Origin: an uncultured Pseudomonadota bacterium
GTDB lineage: Bacteria > Babelota > Babeliae > Babelales > RVW-14
Reading direction: 5' to 3'
Length of the DNA stretch: 64,000 nt
Assembly: GCA_964568625.1 (NCBI GenBank)
Contig: CAZMQG010000001.1
Coordinates: 83,393 to 147,392, forward strand
The notes under the pieces are model-generated. The model did no database searches. It was not told the DNA's origin and worked only from the letters and a program-made list of their open reading frames with translations. Positions 1 to 9,799 of this stretch are shown here, one piece after another; position 1 is the stretch's first letter; the number at the start of each line of letters is the position of its first letter. Both the position numbers and the translations under genes were made by a program.

Positions 1-1074
1 GTTTTAAGCATTTACGATGAATTCCAGGATGCTGCTGCAATGTTTAAAAATCCTTCTGCCAATATAAAAGACGCAGTCACAACTGAATACAATAACATGT
101 ATGCTGCATTTGGCGGACAACTTGTAACTGCACCAATATCGTTTGAAGGTGAATATCGCGAACTTGATTTAACCTTATTTGGTAAATACACAATTAAAAA
201 CTTTATCGATGGCGACTTGGACCTAAGCGTACACTTACCGGTAAGATGGCGTAAAATTGAAAATATTCAATTTAAAGATTTATCCAAAGATTTTCTCCCA
301 ATGGTTCCATATTATTATCAACAAAATTATACAAAAAACTTTGATGTATTCAACGCAAAAATGAAAGAATTGGGAAATATTGATTTTGGAGAATGCGATA
401 AATCTGGAATAGGTGATTTGGTCATAATGCTTGAATGGCTAAGAAGCTTCAAACAAAATAAAGAGGCATTAAAAAATGTCGATATTTTTGTAAGACTAGG
501 TCTAAGTTGCCCAACGGCGGAAAACAGAGATCTCGACAAAGTCTTCAGCCTATCTCTAGGAAATGACGGTGCATGGGGCATGCCTATAGGATTTGGTTTA
601 GGCCTCGATTTTAGTAATAAAATAAGAGCCGGCGGCGACGTCGACTTCTTTATCCTATTCGACGAAACAAAAGAACGCAGATTAAAAACATCTTCTGATC
701 AAACAGAATTTTTGCTTTTAAATAAAGGCAGAGCTACGCTTGATTCAGGATTAACATGGAAATTCAATATATTCTTACAAGCTTATCGTTTTTACAAGGG
801 TCTTTCCCTTAAAATGGATTATGAATACATCAAACATGATGACGACACACTTTATGAAAAAACAGACACATTTGATAGAACAATTATAAATTCTGCAAAT
901 AGCTTAAAAGAATGGAATACCCATAATTTAATTTTCCAGGTTAATTTTGATTTCTTTATGTGGCAAAGTGTTTTAACCAGGCCACAGCTAAGTCTTTTCT
1001 ATAAATATCCAATAGCAGGTAAAAATATTATAAACATGGACACATTTGGAGGCCAACTGGGCTTTAATTTTTAA
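1..1074 (+). CDS. Hypothetical protein, 5'-truncated by the window edge; possible outer-membrane beta-barrel
   Basis: Frame is open from base 1 (VLSIYDEFQDAAAM...). Alternating hydrophobic strands and a C-terminal ...GGQLGFNF ending in Phe resemble a beta-signal. No family recognised. Confidence 0.55.
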   Translation, partial: VLSIYDEFQDAAAMFKNPSANIKDAVTTEYNNMYAAFGGQLVTAPISFEGEYRELDLTLFGKYTIKNFIDGDLDLSVHLPVRWRKIENIQFKDLSKDFLPMVPYYYQQNYTKNFDVFNAKMKELGNIDFGECDKSGIGDLVIMLEWLRSFKQNKEALKNVDIFVRLGLSCPTAENRDLDKVFSLSLGNDGAWGMPIGFGLGLDFSNKIRAGGDVDFFILFDETKERRLKTSSDQTEFLLLNKGRATLDSGLTWKFNIFLQAYRFYKGLSLKMDYEYIKHDDDTLYEKTDTFDRTIINSANSLKEWNTHNLIFQVNFDFFMWQSVLTRPQLSLFYKYPIAGKNIINMDTFGGQLGFNF

Positions 1075-1097
1075 AATAGACATAAACTTACAAATTC

Positions 1098-1124
1098 AAG
1101 GGCTCTTCATAAGCAAGAGCCCTT
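1098..1124 (+). terminator. Intrinsic terminator-like hairpin
   Basis: aagggctctt-cataagc-aagagccctt, a 10-bp perfect stem just after the stop codon; weak U-tract. Confidence 0.6.
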
Positions 1125-1148
1125 ATTAATTTATTATAGTAATTTTTA

Positions 1149-1187
1149 TGACAAAAACTTTGTCACTAACACATTTTGTGATATGAT
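1149..1187 (+). promoter_or_regulatory. Putative sigma70 promoter for the PBP1A gene with an overlapping inverted repeat
   Basis: TTGTCA (1160-65), 16 nt, TATGAT (1182-87) with TGn extension; tgacaaa-aac-tttgtca inverted repeat overlaps the -35. Confidence 0.35.
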
Positions 1188-1236
1188 TATCTCCTGTTGA
1201 ACAAAATTTAGGTATTTGGGGGTCAAAAACCAATTC

Positions 1237-3153
1237 ATGCCAAAACTTTTTACAATAAAACGCCTATTTATAATAGGTTTTGCTTTTTTTACCATACTCA
1301 CTGGAGTCTGTTTTTTTCTTATCGAACGAGAGTGGGTTGACCTTTCTATGCTTGAGCTTTACTCAAGTACGTCGGCATCGGTCATTCTTGATGATGAAGG
1401 GGTAGAATTCGCACGATTTGAATGTGACAGACGCACTCCAATCCCTTTTGAAAAAATACCTACAATCTTAGTTCAAGCATTTCTAGCAGCTGAAGATCAT
1501 GACTTCTTCACCCATCCCGGAATATCTATAAAAAGTATTATTCGTTCATTTTTAGTAAATTTATATCATCACCGAATTGTTCAAGGCGCAAGCACTATAA
1601 CACAACAACTTGCCAGACTTATGTATTTAACATACGAACGAACATTTTATCGCAAGTTCCAAGAATTATTCTTAGCGTTACAACTCGAACAACAACTGAG
1701 TAAGCAACAAATTTTTGAACTTTATATTAATAATATCTACTTTGGACGAGGAATTTACGGAGTTGAAGCCGCATGTAAACGATTTTGGAATAAGCAACTT
1801 AGTGACATAACAGTTGAAGAAGCCGCAACAATTGCAGCCGTTGCAAACTCTGCAAGGATCTACTCCCCTCTTAATTCAACAGAAAACTCACGTCGCCGCA
1901 GAAATATGATTCTTAAAAGCATGCTTAAGCTGGGCTTTATAAATCAAGATCAATTCGATAAAAGCTCAAAAACAAAAGTAAAAATCGTAGATTATATGCC
2001 AGGGAGTCCAATAAAACTTTACATTCAAGAATGGGTTAGAGCGTGGGCAGAAAATAAATTTGGTAAAGAAGCCCTATATAAAACGCACCTAAAAATTAAA
2101 ACTACAATCAATCCTGAAATGCAAAATATTGCAGAACAAGCCTATGCCCCAGTTATTTATGGTTTACAGCAGCAACATGGAAATAAGCTAAATGGTGGAG
2201 TAATATCTATCGAAGCAAGCACCGGAAAAATCAAAGTCCTGATAGGTGGAATGGATTTTAAAAAATCCCAATTTAATAGAGCACTTCAAGCAAAACGACA
2301 AATGGGCTCATGCTTTAAGCCAATTTTATACGCTTTTGCAATATCTCACGGGTATCAACTTGATACTACATTTGTTGACGAACCAATCGAAATGATTATG
2401 CCTAATGGACAAACATGGACCCCTAAAAACTGGGATGGAAAATTTGACGGCCGTATAACATTAGCAAAAGCCCTTACTGATTCAAAAAACATTGTTGCTA
2501 TAAAACTTTATCTCGAAATATACAAACATTTCGATTGGATGCCATGGATCAGAAAATTTGGAATAACAGCAGACATTCCACCATATCCATCATCGGCATT
2601 AGGAACTGCAGAGGTAACGCCTGAAGATAACTGTGCAGCTTTTAACGTTTTTGCAAACAATGGAGTTTACGTAAAACCTTACCTTATCGAATGGGTTAAA
2701 AATGAACGTGGAGAAAAAATTTGGGAAAATGAGCCTGAAAGCCACAAAGTTCTTGATTCCAAAATTAATTCAGTCATGATTTCAGCGCTAAGCCAACGTA
2801 TGATTCTGAACAAAAGCTATTTAGGTAAAAATAACTGGTTTGAAGCAGACTCAATTGGCAAAAGCGGGACTACCAATGGAGCCACTTCTACCTGGTTTGT
2901 TGGCGCAACACCTGAATTAACAACTGCAGTTTATATTGGTAGAGATGATAATAAACCAATGGGAGAAGCAGTTTATGCAAGCAGAACAGCTTTTCCAATA
3001 TGGCTTGAAGTAAATAAAAGAATTAAGTGTGATAAAAAACATTTCCGAATCGATCCAACGCTAGAAGAGATCAATATCAATTGGCGAACAGGTGAATATT
3101 CGGTTGAACGTCCGTATGTTGATCCTGATATTATAAAAATTCTAAAGTATTAG
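1237..3153 (+). CDS. mrcA: Class A penicillin-binding protein (PBP1A; transglycosylase plus transpeptidase)
   Basis: N-terminal TM; GT51 motifs AFLAAEDHDF, QGASTITQQLAR, RKFQE; transpeptidase SxxK (GSCFK), SxN (SKN), KSG. ATG at 1237 preferred over TTG at 1216. Confidence 0.9.
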   Translation: MPKLFTIKRLFIIGFAFFTILTGVCFFLIEREWVDLSMLELYSSTSASVILDDEGVEFARFECDRRTPIPFEKIPTILVQAFLAAEDHDFFTHPGISIKSIIRSFLVNLYHHRIVQGASTITQQLARLMYLTYERTFYRKFQELFLALQLEQQLSKQQIFELYINNIYFGRGIYGVEAACKRFWNKQLSDITVEEAATIAAVANSARIYSPLNSTENSRRRRNMILKSMLKLGFINQDQFDKSSKTKVKIVDYMPGSPIKLYIQEWVRAWAENKFGKEALYKTHLKIKTTINPEMQNIAEQAYAPVIYGLQQQHGNKLNGGVISIEASTGKIKVLIGGMDFKKSQFNRALQAKRQMGSCFKPILYAFAISHGYQLDTTFVDEPIEMIMPNGQTWTPKNWDGKFDGRITLAKALTDSKNIVAIKLYLEIYKHFDWMPWIRKFGITADIPPYPSSALGTAEVTPEDNCAAFNVFANNGVYVKPYLIEWVKNERGEKIWENEPESHKVLDSKINSVMISALSQRMILNKSYLGKNNWFEADSIGKSGTTNGATSTWFVGATPELTTAVYIGRDDNKPMGEAVYASRTAFPIWLEVNKRIKCDKKHFRIDPTLEEININWRTGEYSVERPYVDPDIIKILKY

Positions 3154-3175
3154 AACGATGAAGCAACTAATCCAT

Positions 3176-3275
3176 GGATCCCAGCCTTCGCTTTGAAATA
3201 GCTTCGGCGGGCAGGCCTGAAACAAATTCCCAGCCGTCGCGTTTGAAACGCTATGGCGGACAGGCAGGATGACAG
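3176..3275. repeat. Composite palindromic element: GATCCTGAAACAAATTCAGGATGAC-type hairpin carrying two 35-bp inserts
   Basis: Inserts at 3181-3215 (ccagccttcgc...gcttcggcgggcagg) and 3230-3264 (ccagccgtcgc...gctatggcggacagg). Deleting them restores the motif seen intact at 25019-25040. Confidence 0.7.
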
Positions 3276-4276
3276 ATCTCTAATCGAAAGCTACTCTTAG
3301 CATCCGCATCCCTTTTAGTAACATCAATCTGCGTTTTTATCACGAAATATCCACTGTTTTCAAAAAATGTAGCCACTTTTGATTGCAAGTCAATTTCCGG
3401 AGTAAGAGCAAAAACTAATCCACCTCCACCGGTTCCAGTAAGTTTTGCACCTACTGCACCTAGGGCGAGAGCTTTATCAACAATTTCATCAAGCTCCGGA
3501 CAAGAAACTCCAATCACTCGCAATAGATTGTGATTTTTATGCATGCACATGCCAAGTTTTTCTAAATTATTTTTCTCAAGCGCATCAAGCCCCATATTAA
3601 AAACATCTTTGTATTGCTCAAAAATTTTTTTTATTTGATCCGGATTTTTTTCAATAAAATCACGAACTAATGATACCACCCTCTTTGTATCTGTCTGCTT
3701 TCCACTATCGATAATCACAATTCTAATCGAATTAGAAAGCTGAATTTTTGAATAAGAAAAAGCGGGAGTAAACTCCTGAGTTTTGGAAAATTTTATAACT
3801 CCACCAAAAACTGCCGCTGTATTATCAATTCCACTTGGAGTACCATGAACTGCAGATTCTCCAACGAATGCCGCTTGATTTATATTTTCGTCGCTCAAAT
3901 TAAGTTTAAATTTAGAATTTATCGCGCGAGCAAAAGATGTTGCCGCTGCAGCACTTGAACCAATACCCCCACATGTTACAGGTAATGTACCCGTAAATGT
4001 TACAGTAAATCTTTTTTCTTTGATTTCAAAAAAATTCAGAATATTCTCGCACATGCACGTGTATTCAGATTTTTTACTGGGAATAAAACCAGGGGTTTTA
4101 GGCCTATTGTCAATTAAAACTAAATGGTTATAAGAATTTTCTTGAATCTCTGCGTAAGTTTTTAAATCAAGCGATGCGACAAGTGCAGGCAACCCATGCA
4201 CAACAAAATGCTCACCAAGAAGAATGATTTTCCCATATCCAAAATTATGCACCTTACCAAATTTATCTATCTTCAT
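3251..4276 (-). CDS. mvk: Mevalonate kinase (GHMP family)
   Basis: GKIILLGEHFVVHG, PVTCGGIGSSAA ATP loop, HGTPSGID, GAKLTGTGGGG; last gene of the mevalonate cluster. Confidence 0.88.
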   Translation of the reverse strand: MKIDKFGKVHNFGYGKIILLGEHFVVHGLPALVASLDLKTYAEIQENSYNHLVLIDNRPKTPGFIPSKKSEYTCMCENILNFFEIKEKRFTVTFTGTLPVTCGGIGSSAAAATSFARAINSKFKLNLSDENINQAAFVGESAVHGTPSGIDNTAAVFGGVIKFSKTQEFTPAFSYSKIQLSNSIRIVIIDSGKQTDTKRVVSLVRDFIEKNPDQIKKIFEQYKDVFNMGLDALEKNNLEKLGMCMHKNHNLLRVIGVSCPELDEIVDKALALGAVGAKLTGTGGGGLVFALTPEIDLQSKVATFFENSGYFVIKTQIDVTKRDADAKSSFRLEICHPACPP

Positions 4277-4671
4277 AAAACAGGCATAAACTTTAAGCCA
4301 TATTCAATAATTCCATTACTGCCATGTGAATAAAATTTTCTGAATGTCGACCTCACTCGCATGCCAACCTTTAAGTCACAAAGATTAACATCTGCAAGGG
4401 CAACTGTAATTTGGGGGCCTTCATCAAGCTGCACGATACCAATACAATAAGTGGACATATGCTTAAATTCCACACAAGAACTGGTAATATTGGTAAAAGA
4501 AATCAAATTACCAAATCCACTAAATTTAAAAGTTTTAAAATTTCTTGAACCACACGAACATAAGAAACATGTTAAATAATAATTTTTTTGGCATTTTGTG
4601 CATTGCATACCCTCAAGGGCATACCTCTTAGGATACTGCCTCCATCCGGGAATTGAACTTGAACTAATCAC
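4273..4671 (-). CDS. DUF35-type Zn-ribbon/OB-fold protein (thiolase-HMGS scaffold subunit)
   Basis: WRQYPKRYALEGMQCTKC...CSCG Zn ribbon followed by an OB fold (GIVQLDEGPQITVAL, VGMRVRSTFRK); directly downstream of the thiolase. Confidence 0.85.
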   Translation of the reverse strand: MISSSSIPGWRQYPKRYALEGMQCTKCQKNYYLTCFLCSCGSRNFKTFKFSGFGNLISFTNITSSCVEFKHMSTYCIGIVQLDEGPQITVALADVNLCDLKVGMRVRSTFRKFYSHGSNGIIEYGLKFMPVL

Positions 4672-4680
4672 TGAGTCTCC

Positions 4681-5835
4681 TTATTCTCGTTCAAAAATAT
4701 GAACTACTGCCGTAGTTCCAATTCCGCCAATGTTATGAGTAAGACCGAATTTAACATTTGAAATCTGACGCTGTTCACATCTGCCCAAAAGCTGATTTAC
4801 AATTTCTACAACCTGAGAAATTCCACTTGCCCCAACCGGATGCCCTTTGGCTTTAAGTCCGCCGGAAGTGTTAACAGGAATTTCACCGGAAATCTGAGTT
4901 TTGCCATGAGCTGTTTCAAAGCCTGCAGTACCCGGCTCAAAAAAACCAAGATCTTCAAGCGCTATAATTTCTGCCATACTAAAGGCATCATGTACTTCAG
5001 CAACATCAATATCTCGTTGAGAGATCGCCGAAATTTCAAAAGCTTTTTTCCCTGCTATTTTAGTTGCTTTAAAACTTGTTAAATCTTCCCGACTCGCAAT
5101 ATCAAGAGTGTCCGACGCCTGTGTACTTGCAATTATATTAATACCGGTTTTACCATATTTTTTGGCAAAGTCATAACTCGAAATTATAATCGCAGCCGCT
5201 CCATCGCTAATCGGAGCACAATCAAGTACCCGTAACGGATCTGCAACAATTGGTGAATTAAGATAATCATTAATTGTTATTTTTTTATTAAATTGAGCCA
5301 ATGGATTTAATGCTGCATTATTATGATTTTTGATACTTACGGCAGCAAGCTCTTTACTCGTCATACCGTATTTTTGCATATAAAGACGTGTAACCATAGC
5401 AAAAAGGCCCGGAAACGTTGCCCCTGCAAAATGCTCCTGTTGATAATCCCCGGCTCCCATTAAAGCAGATGTTGCCTGCGAAATTGCAACATCACTCATT
5501 TTCTCAACTCCAATTACCATTACAACATTTGCAACACCTGAAAGTATTGTTTGCACTCCACATACAAGTGCCGAACTTCCTGAGGCACAAGCATTTTCAA
5601 CTCGAACACTGGGAACATTTATTCTAAGTTGCTGTGATGCAATTGCACCCAAATGCGCCTGTCCGTTGAACTGTTGAGCTAGCATATTTCCAACAAAAAT
5701 AGACTCTATTTGAGCAGGAGCAATTCCTGCATCATCAAGAGCCATGAACTGAGCCTGCGCAATTAAATCATGCAAACCTTTATCCCACAATTCTGCAAAT
5801 TTTGTGCATCCAACTCCAAGCACTGAAATTTTCAT
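4681..5835 (-). CDS. Archaeal-type acetoacetyl-CoA thiolase
   Basis: ENACASG catalytic Cys, EVHDAF, GHPVGASG and HNIGG motifs typical of archaeal/SCP2-like thiolases. Confidence 0.88.
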   Translation of the reverse strand: MKISVLGVGCTKFAELWDKGLHDLIAQAQFMALDDAGIAPAQIESIFVGNMLAQQFNGQAHLGAIASQQLRINVPSVRVENACASGSSALVCGVQTILSGVANVVMVIGVEKMSDVAISQATSALMGAGDYQQEHFAGATFPGLFAMVTRLYMQKYGMTSKELAAVSIKNHNNAALNPLAQFNKKITINDYLNSPIVADPLRVLDCAPISDGAAAIIISSYDFAKKYGKTGINIIASTQASDTLDIASREDLTSFKATKIAGKKAFEISAISQRDIDVAEVHDAFSMAEIIALEDLGFFEPGTAGFETAHGKTQISGEIPVNTSGGLKAKGHPVGASGISQVVEIVNQLLGRCEQRQISNVKFGLTHNIGGIGTTAVVHIFERE

Positions 5836-5847
5836 TTTACCAAACTT

Positions 5848-6915
5848 TCACTTCACATCCTGATGCAATAAATCAATATTTCTTCGATATTCAGAGTATG
5901 TTAAATATTTTTTATGATTCAAATGACTTTTCAAATTAAATCCTGAATGCATGCTGCCATTTGTAAGTTTTTTTATATTCTGAGTAGTTTTCAAAATAAA
6001 AGCATCACAGCCACTTCCGCTTCCATAACTAACCATCAGTATTTTTTTATCGGGTTGAGCTTGATCAAGAATAGCACTCAGTCCCAATAAAGAACTTGCA
6101 CTGTAAGAATTACCAATATCCCGCACAATAAGCCCCGGATTTATTTGTTCTGATTTAAACCCAAGATTTTTGGCAACTGTTAATGGCAATTTCCCATTCG
6201 GCTGGTGAAAAACAACATAATCAAATGAATCAGGCCCACAAGAATGTTTTTCGAAAATTTTTTTTACAATTGTACTGATGTGTTTTAAATATGCCGGCTC
6301 TGCTGTAAACCTACCTGAATGTTCCGGATATTTTTGCATACTACGCCGCCAAAAATCAGGTGTATCAGATGCAATTGAAATTGAGTCTTCAATATTTGCA
6401 ATAATTTTAGAATCATCAGAGCCAACGATAAATGCTGCAGCTCCGGCACCGGCACTGTATTCGAGAATATCACCGGGTGAAGCCTGAGCTGTATCTGTAC
6501 CTATTGCCATTCCAAATTTTGCAAAGCCTGATTTTACCAAACCCATGCAAACGCCCAACGAAGCAGTTCCCGCCTTGCATGCAAATTCCATATCAGCAGC
6601 CATACAAAAAACATCTGCTCCAATGGCATCACCAACAATTGTTGCCGTTGGTTTTACTGCATATGGAGCACTTTCGCTTCCAACGTAAATAGCATTAATT
6701 TCTTTAGAATTGAGGCCACACTGCAAAAGAGCATTTTTGGCAGCATTAACCGCAAACGTAGCCGAATCTTCATCAATTCCAGGCACGGATTTTTCTTCAA
6801 TCAAAAGACTTGATTTGATTTGATCAAAATTTTGTTGCCAAGCCTTGGCTATCTCTTCAGCCTTTATTCGATAGACTGGAATATAAAATCCATATCCAAT
6901 AATTCCAACATTCAT
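5848..6915 (-). CDS. Archaeal-type HMG-CoA synthase
   Basis: EEKSVPGIDEDSAT, EFACKAGT (catalytic Cys), DTPDFWRR...GRFTAEPAY, HQPNGK, GNSYSAS. ATG at 6915 (track starts at TTG 6921). Confidence 0.9.
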   Translation of the reverse strand: MNVGIIGYGFYIPVYRIKAEEIAKAWQQNFDQIKSSLLIEEKSVPGIDEDSATFAVNAAKNALLQCGLNSKEINAIYVGSESAPYAVKPTATIVGDAIGADVFCMAADMEFACKAGTASLGVCMGLVKSGFAKFGMAIGTDTAQASPGDILEYSAGAGAAAFIVGSDDSKIIANIEDSISIASDTPDFWRRSMQKYPEHSGRFTAEPAYLKHISTIVKKIFEKHSCGPDSFDYVVFHQPNGKLPLTVAKNLGFKSEQINPGLIVRDIGNSYSASSLLGLSAILDQAQPDKKILMVSYGSGSGCDAFILKTTQNIKKLTNGSMHSGFNLKSHLNHKKYLTYSEYRRNIDLLHQDVK

Positions 6916-7011
6916 TATCAACTCTTCAAATCAGCCAAAGACACTTTTACACGCAAAAAGATCCCCACGTAGGAACATTTGCACTTTCTTGAAAAGTAAG
7001 TCTACCACCTT

Positions 7012-8319
7012 TTATCTTCTATTCAACACATAAATCTCAAGTAATCTTTCCAGTGAAATTTTTTTCCAAATATTTATACACCCATCACTACCAACTAAAA
7101 CAACAATTCGCCCATCTGCAGAAATATCTCCTTTAGATGCACACAATTCAGAACCTAATTCTTGGATTTTAATATATTTATTTTGCTGCTTTATAAATTT
7201 CCATACATCAATTTTAGCATATGGCCTCCCCGACATTATTAAAGATTTATCATAGGAAACTTTAACAAACTGAGCCCTCCCTCCTGTGCTAAGTTGTTGT
7301 AATAGGCTACAACTATAATCAGCTCCGCTGTATTTCAATACATTCAAATCTTCAGATGCAGCAACAATAATATCTCTATCTTCAGATAAATCCGCATCTT
7401 GAAGATGACTACACCAATTTACAACTGTATTAACTAATCGATATTGTGGAACACCAATAGAATCGATTTCGTTCAAATTCCAAATTCGAATATTTGAAAT
7501 TCCATTTAGCATAGAGCAACAAGTAAAGGTTATTTTATCCGCAGAAAATTTTAATTTTTCCGGATATATATTAGGATCCGCCAAACGTTGAACTTCATTA
7601 TATTTATTTCCATCAAAATGCCAAACTCTTACCGAATTATCATCGCATCCAACAATTATAATTTGCTGATCTTGTGAAATAGAGATAGACAATATCAAAG
7701 ACTCACAGGGTAACTGCTGAAAATATTTGTATTCTGATCCATTAAATTTCCAAACGTTTACTGAATTATCATCAATAGATCCCGTAATAATTAAATTATT
7801 ATCTGAAGAAATTGATACAGAATCTACTCGATCCATATTTGACACATTAGGATCATACAAATCCGAATAGACTGATGCGTAATCTCTCTTGGATGTTCCT
7901 ACCTTAACAAAATGGCCATTAAGCATTTGAAAGAATTCATATCCCTTTCCATTGAATTTCCATATTTTCACAGAAGAATCATATCCACCCGTTACAATAA
8001 GCTGGTTGTCCCTTGAAATACAAACGGATGCAACAGAACTGTTAGTTTTAATCGTCTGAAACAAATCATATTGTTGTTTGCAGTCAAACGACAGTATATT
8101 AAACAATTCATCCTCAATTTCTTGAAGTAATTCAACTGGCAATCTTGATTGTGCTGTTCTAAATATATCAACAGGATTATGTGATTTTAATATATCAAAG
8201 ACTATTTCATCGCGTGCTATATTTGCAAGGCAAGGGGTCCACTTTGAACTCATGGCACCAGCATAATAATTTTCTGAGCAGCAAACCAATAATAAAAATA
8301 AATAACTAATTTTTTTCAT
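7012..8319 (-). CDS. Secreted WD40-repeat protein with an F-box-like N-terminal motif
   Basis: Start MKKISYLFLLLVCC signal peptide (RBS not evident; upstream extension unlikely). Repeats SVCISRDNQLIVTGGYDSSVKIW, SVSISSDNNLIITGSIDDNSVNVW etc. LPVELLQEI precedes the repeats. Confidence 0.8.
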   Translation of the reverse strand: MKKISYLFLLLVCCSENYYAGAMSSKWTPCLANIARDEIVFDILKSHNPVDIFRTAQSRLPVELLQEIEDELFNILSFDCKQQYDLFQTIKTNSSVASVCISRDNQLIVTGGYDSSVKIWKFNGKGYEFFQMLNGHFVKVGTSKRDYASVYSDLYDPNVSNMDRVDSVSISSDNNLIITGSIDDNSVNVWKFNGSEYKYFQQLPCESLILSISISQDQQIIIVGCDDNSVRVWHFDGNKYNEVQRLADPNIYPEKLKFSADKITFTCCSMLNGISNIRIWNLNEIDSIGVPQYRLVNTVVNWCSHLQDADLSEDRDIIVAASEDLNVLKYSGADYSCSLLQQLSTGGRAQFVKVSYDKSLIMSGRPYAKIDVWKFIKQQNKYIKIQELGSELCASKGDISADGRIVVLVGSDGCINIWKKISLERLLEIYVLNRR

Positions 8320-8444
8320 AATGCATTGAACCTTAAGATTAAGAACAATTCTAACAATTAAAACTATTTGTTGCCCTGCAGGATAACCTAAATGCAAAAA
8401 AATGTTAATTTAAATTTAGAGTAAATAAAATCAATAGCATAAAC

Positions 8445-9701
8445 TTAAACAATTACTGGAGTCAGAATCCAACCCTCAAATCTCGGAGCCGTTTTTAAAA
8501 TGCCATAAACAGCTCTATCTACTATTCCATACTCCGTTGCTGCAGTAAAAGTAAAAATTGGAATTTTTTGATGAGCCACCACTATACGGGCCTCTGCCCA
8601 CTCCTCCATACTAACAACTCCATCCCACTGAAGCGGCGCACCAAGTTGCGTTTGATCTTTAAATAACGATAAACCGCCAGCATCATGTTGATGACCTCGA
8701 AAAAGTAGCTGAATTCCACTTTCCTTAAACCAATTCACCATATCACATGTAGCTAAATAGTCTATCCAACTAGCTCTTTTTAAATTCATTTCGATAGTAG
8801 ATCCATTTCCATGAAAATCCCCCCATACAAACCCATTAACCGCATCAGTACGACCATAACCAATCTTGTTAAAATCAATAGCTCCAACCATCTCCGAGCA
8901 ACCCAAAAAATATCGCATATCACAACATGGTTCAATTGCTCCATGACAACATTGTATCCATTTATCTGCGGATTTTAAGTATAAAACAAGTACAAGTTGC
9001 TTATATAACTCATCAAATTTTTTCAAATAAATGGGCCCGTTTTCTACCCCATACTTTGCAACTAACTCAGAATAAAAGCCTATAGGAGTATCGCTATTTT
9101 GATTCAAATTTTCATGATTGCCTCTTTGAATAAATATTTTATCCCAATTTGCTAATTTCAACCGCAATAGTGTATACCAAACCTCAACTCCATACGTACC
9201 TCGATCAACGTAATCCCCAGTAAAAACAATATGTAAATTATCGTTTATAATTTTAAAATTATCATCAACATGATTTTTGATTATTTTCAATAACGAATGG
9301 GCACTACCATGAATATCCCCAATAAAAACTATTTCACTTATACTAGGTAGAATTTTTTTCTGGCAGTAGGAAAGACTTATATCGTCGACAACATTAAATT
9401 GTGCCTGAAATCGACTCATATATTCATCTATTAATTTAGTCATACAAGAAAATGGAATAAACATATGTTGCATGCGCTCAAAAACAAGCAACTGATCTTT
9501 TACCGCTGAATCATCCATGCGTTTTTGCTCCGGCAAATTATCCATTTGCTGAATTAACCAACTTAGCGGTTTTTTATCAGCAGAAGAATCCCCTAATAAA
9601 ACAGGATATGTGAAGGCAGCATTTATTTGTGAAAAGCACAAAACAATTAATGGAAAAAACAATACCCTAAATGGGCAAAACCACTTAGCAATCATTGACA
9701 A
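8445..9701 (-). CDS. Secreted calcineurin-like (PPP-type) metallophosphoesterase
   Basis: GDIHG, GDYVDRG, RGNHE, CHG, RGHQH motifs; N-terminal hydrophobic signal segment. Confidence 0.85.
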   Translation of the reverse strand: MSMIAKWFCPFRVLFFPLIVLCFSQINAAFTYPVLLGDSSADKKPLSWLIQQMDNLPEQKRMDDSAVKDQLLVFERMQHMFIPFSCMTKLIDEYMSRFQAQFNVVDDISLSYCQKKILPSISEIVFIGDIHGSAHSLLKIIKNHVDDNFKIINDNLHIVFTGDYVDRGTYGVEVWYTLLRLKLANWDKIFIQRGNHENLNQNSDTPIGFYSELVAKYGVENGPIYLKKFDELYKQLVLVLYLKSADKWIQCCHGAIEPCCDMRYFLGCSEMVGAIDFNKIGYGRTDAVNGFVWGDFHGNGSTIEMNLKRASWIDYLATCDMVNWFKESGIQLLFRGHQHDAGGLSLFKDQTQLGAPLQWDGVVSMEEWAEARIVVAHQKIPIFTFTAATEYGIVDRAVYGILKTAPRFEGWILTPVIV

Positions 9702-9799
9702 TCCCCTTATTCAAGCATCAAAATAATAGATTAATATCCTAGCTAAAGATTGCCAGCACATAATGCAATTTGTCAATAAACCATGCATTGCTATATTAA

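Noticed and set aside
3181-3264. Two 35-bp direct repeats resembling a mini CRISPR array
   Set aside because: Only two imperfect copies, a 14-bp spacer, no cas genes, and the flanks reassemble into a known-type palindrome.
4273-6915. PhlABC-type (phloroglucinol acyltransferase) reading of the thiolase/HMGS/DUF35 triad
   Set aside because: HMGS keeps its catalytic Cys (ACKAG), there is no type III PKS, and MVK and HMGR flank the triad.
9702-9799. Frameshifted continuation of the HMGR flap domain
   Set aside because: No flap-like sequence seen downstream of the stop; the region looks like AT-rich promoter/RBS DNA.
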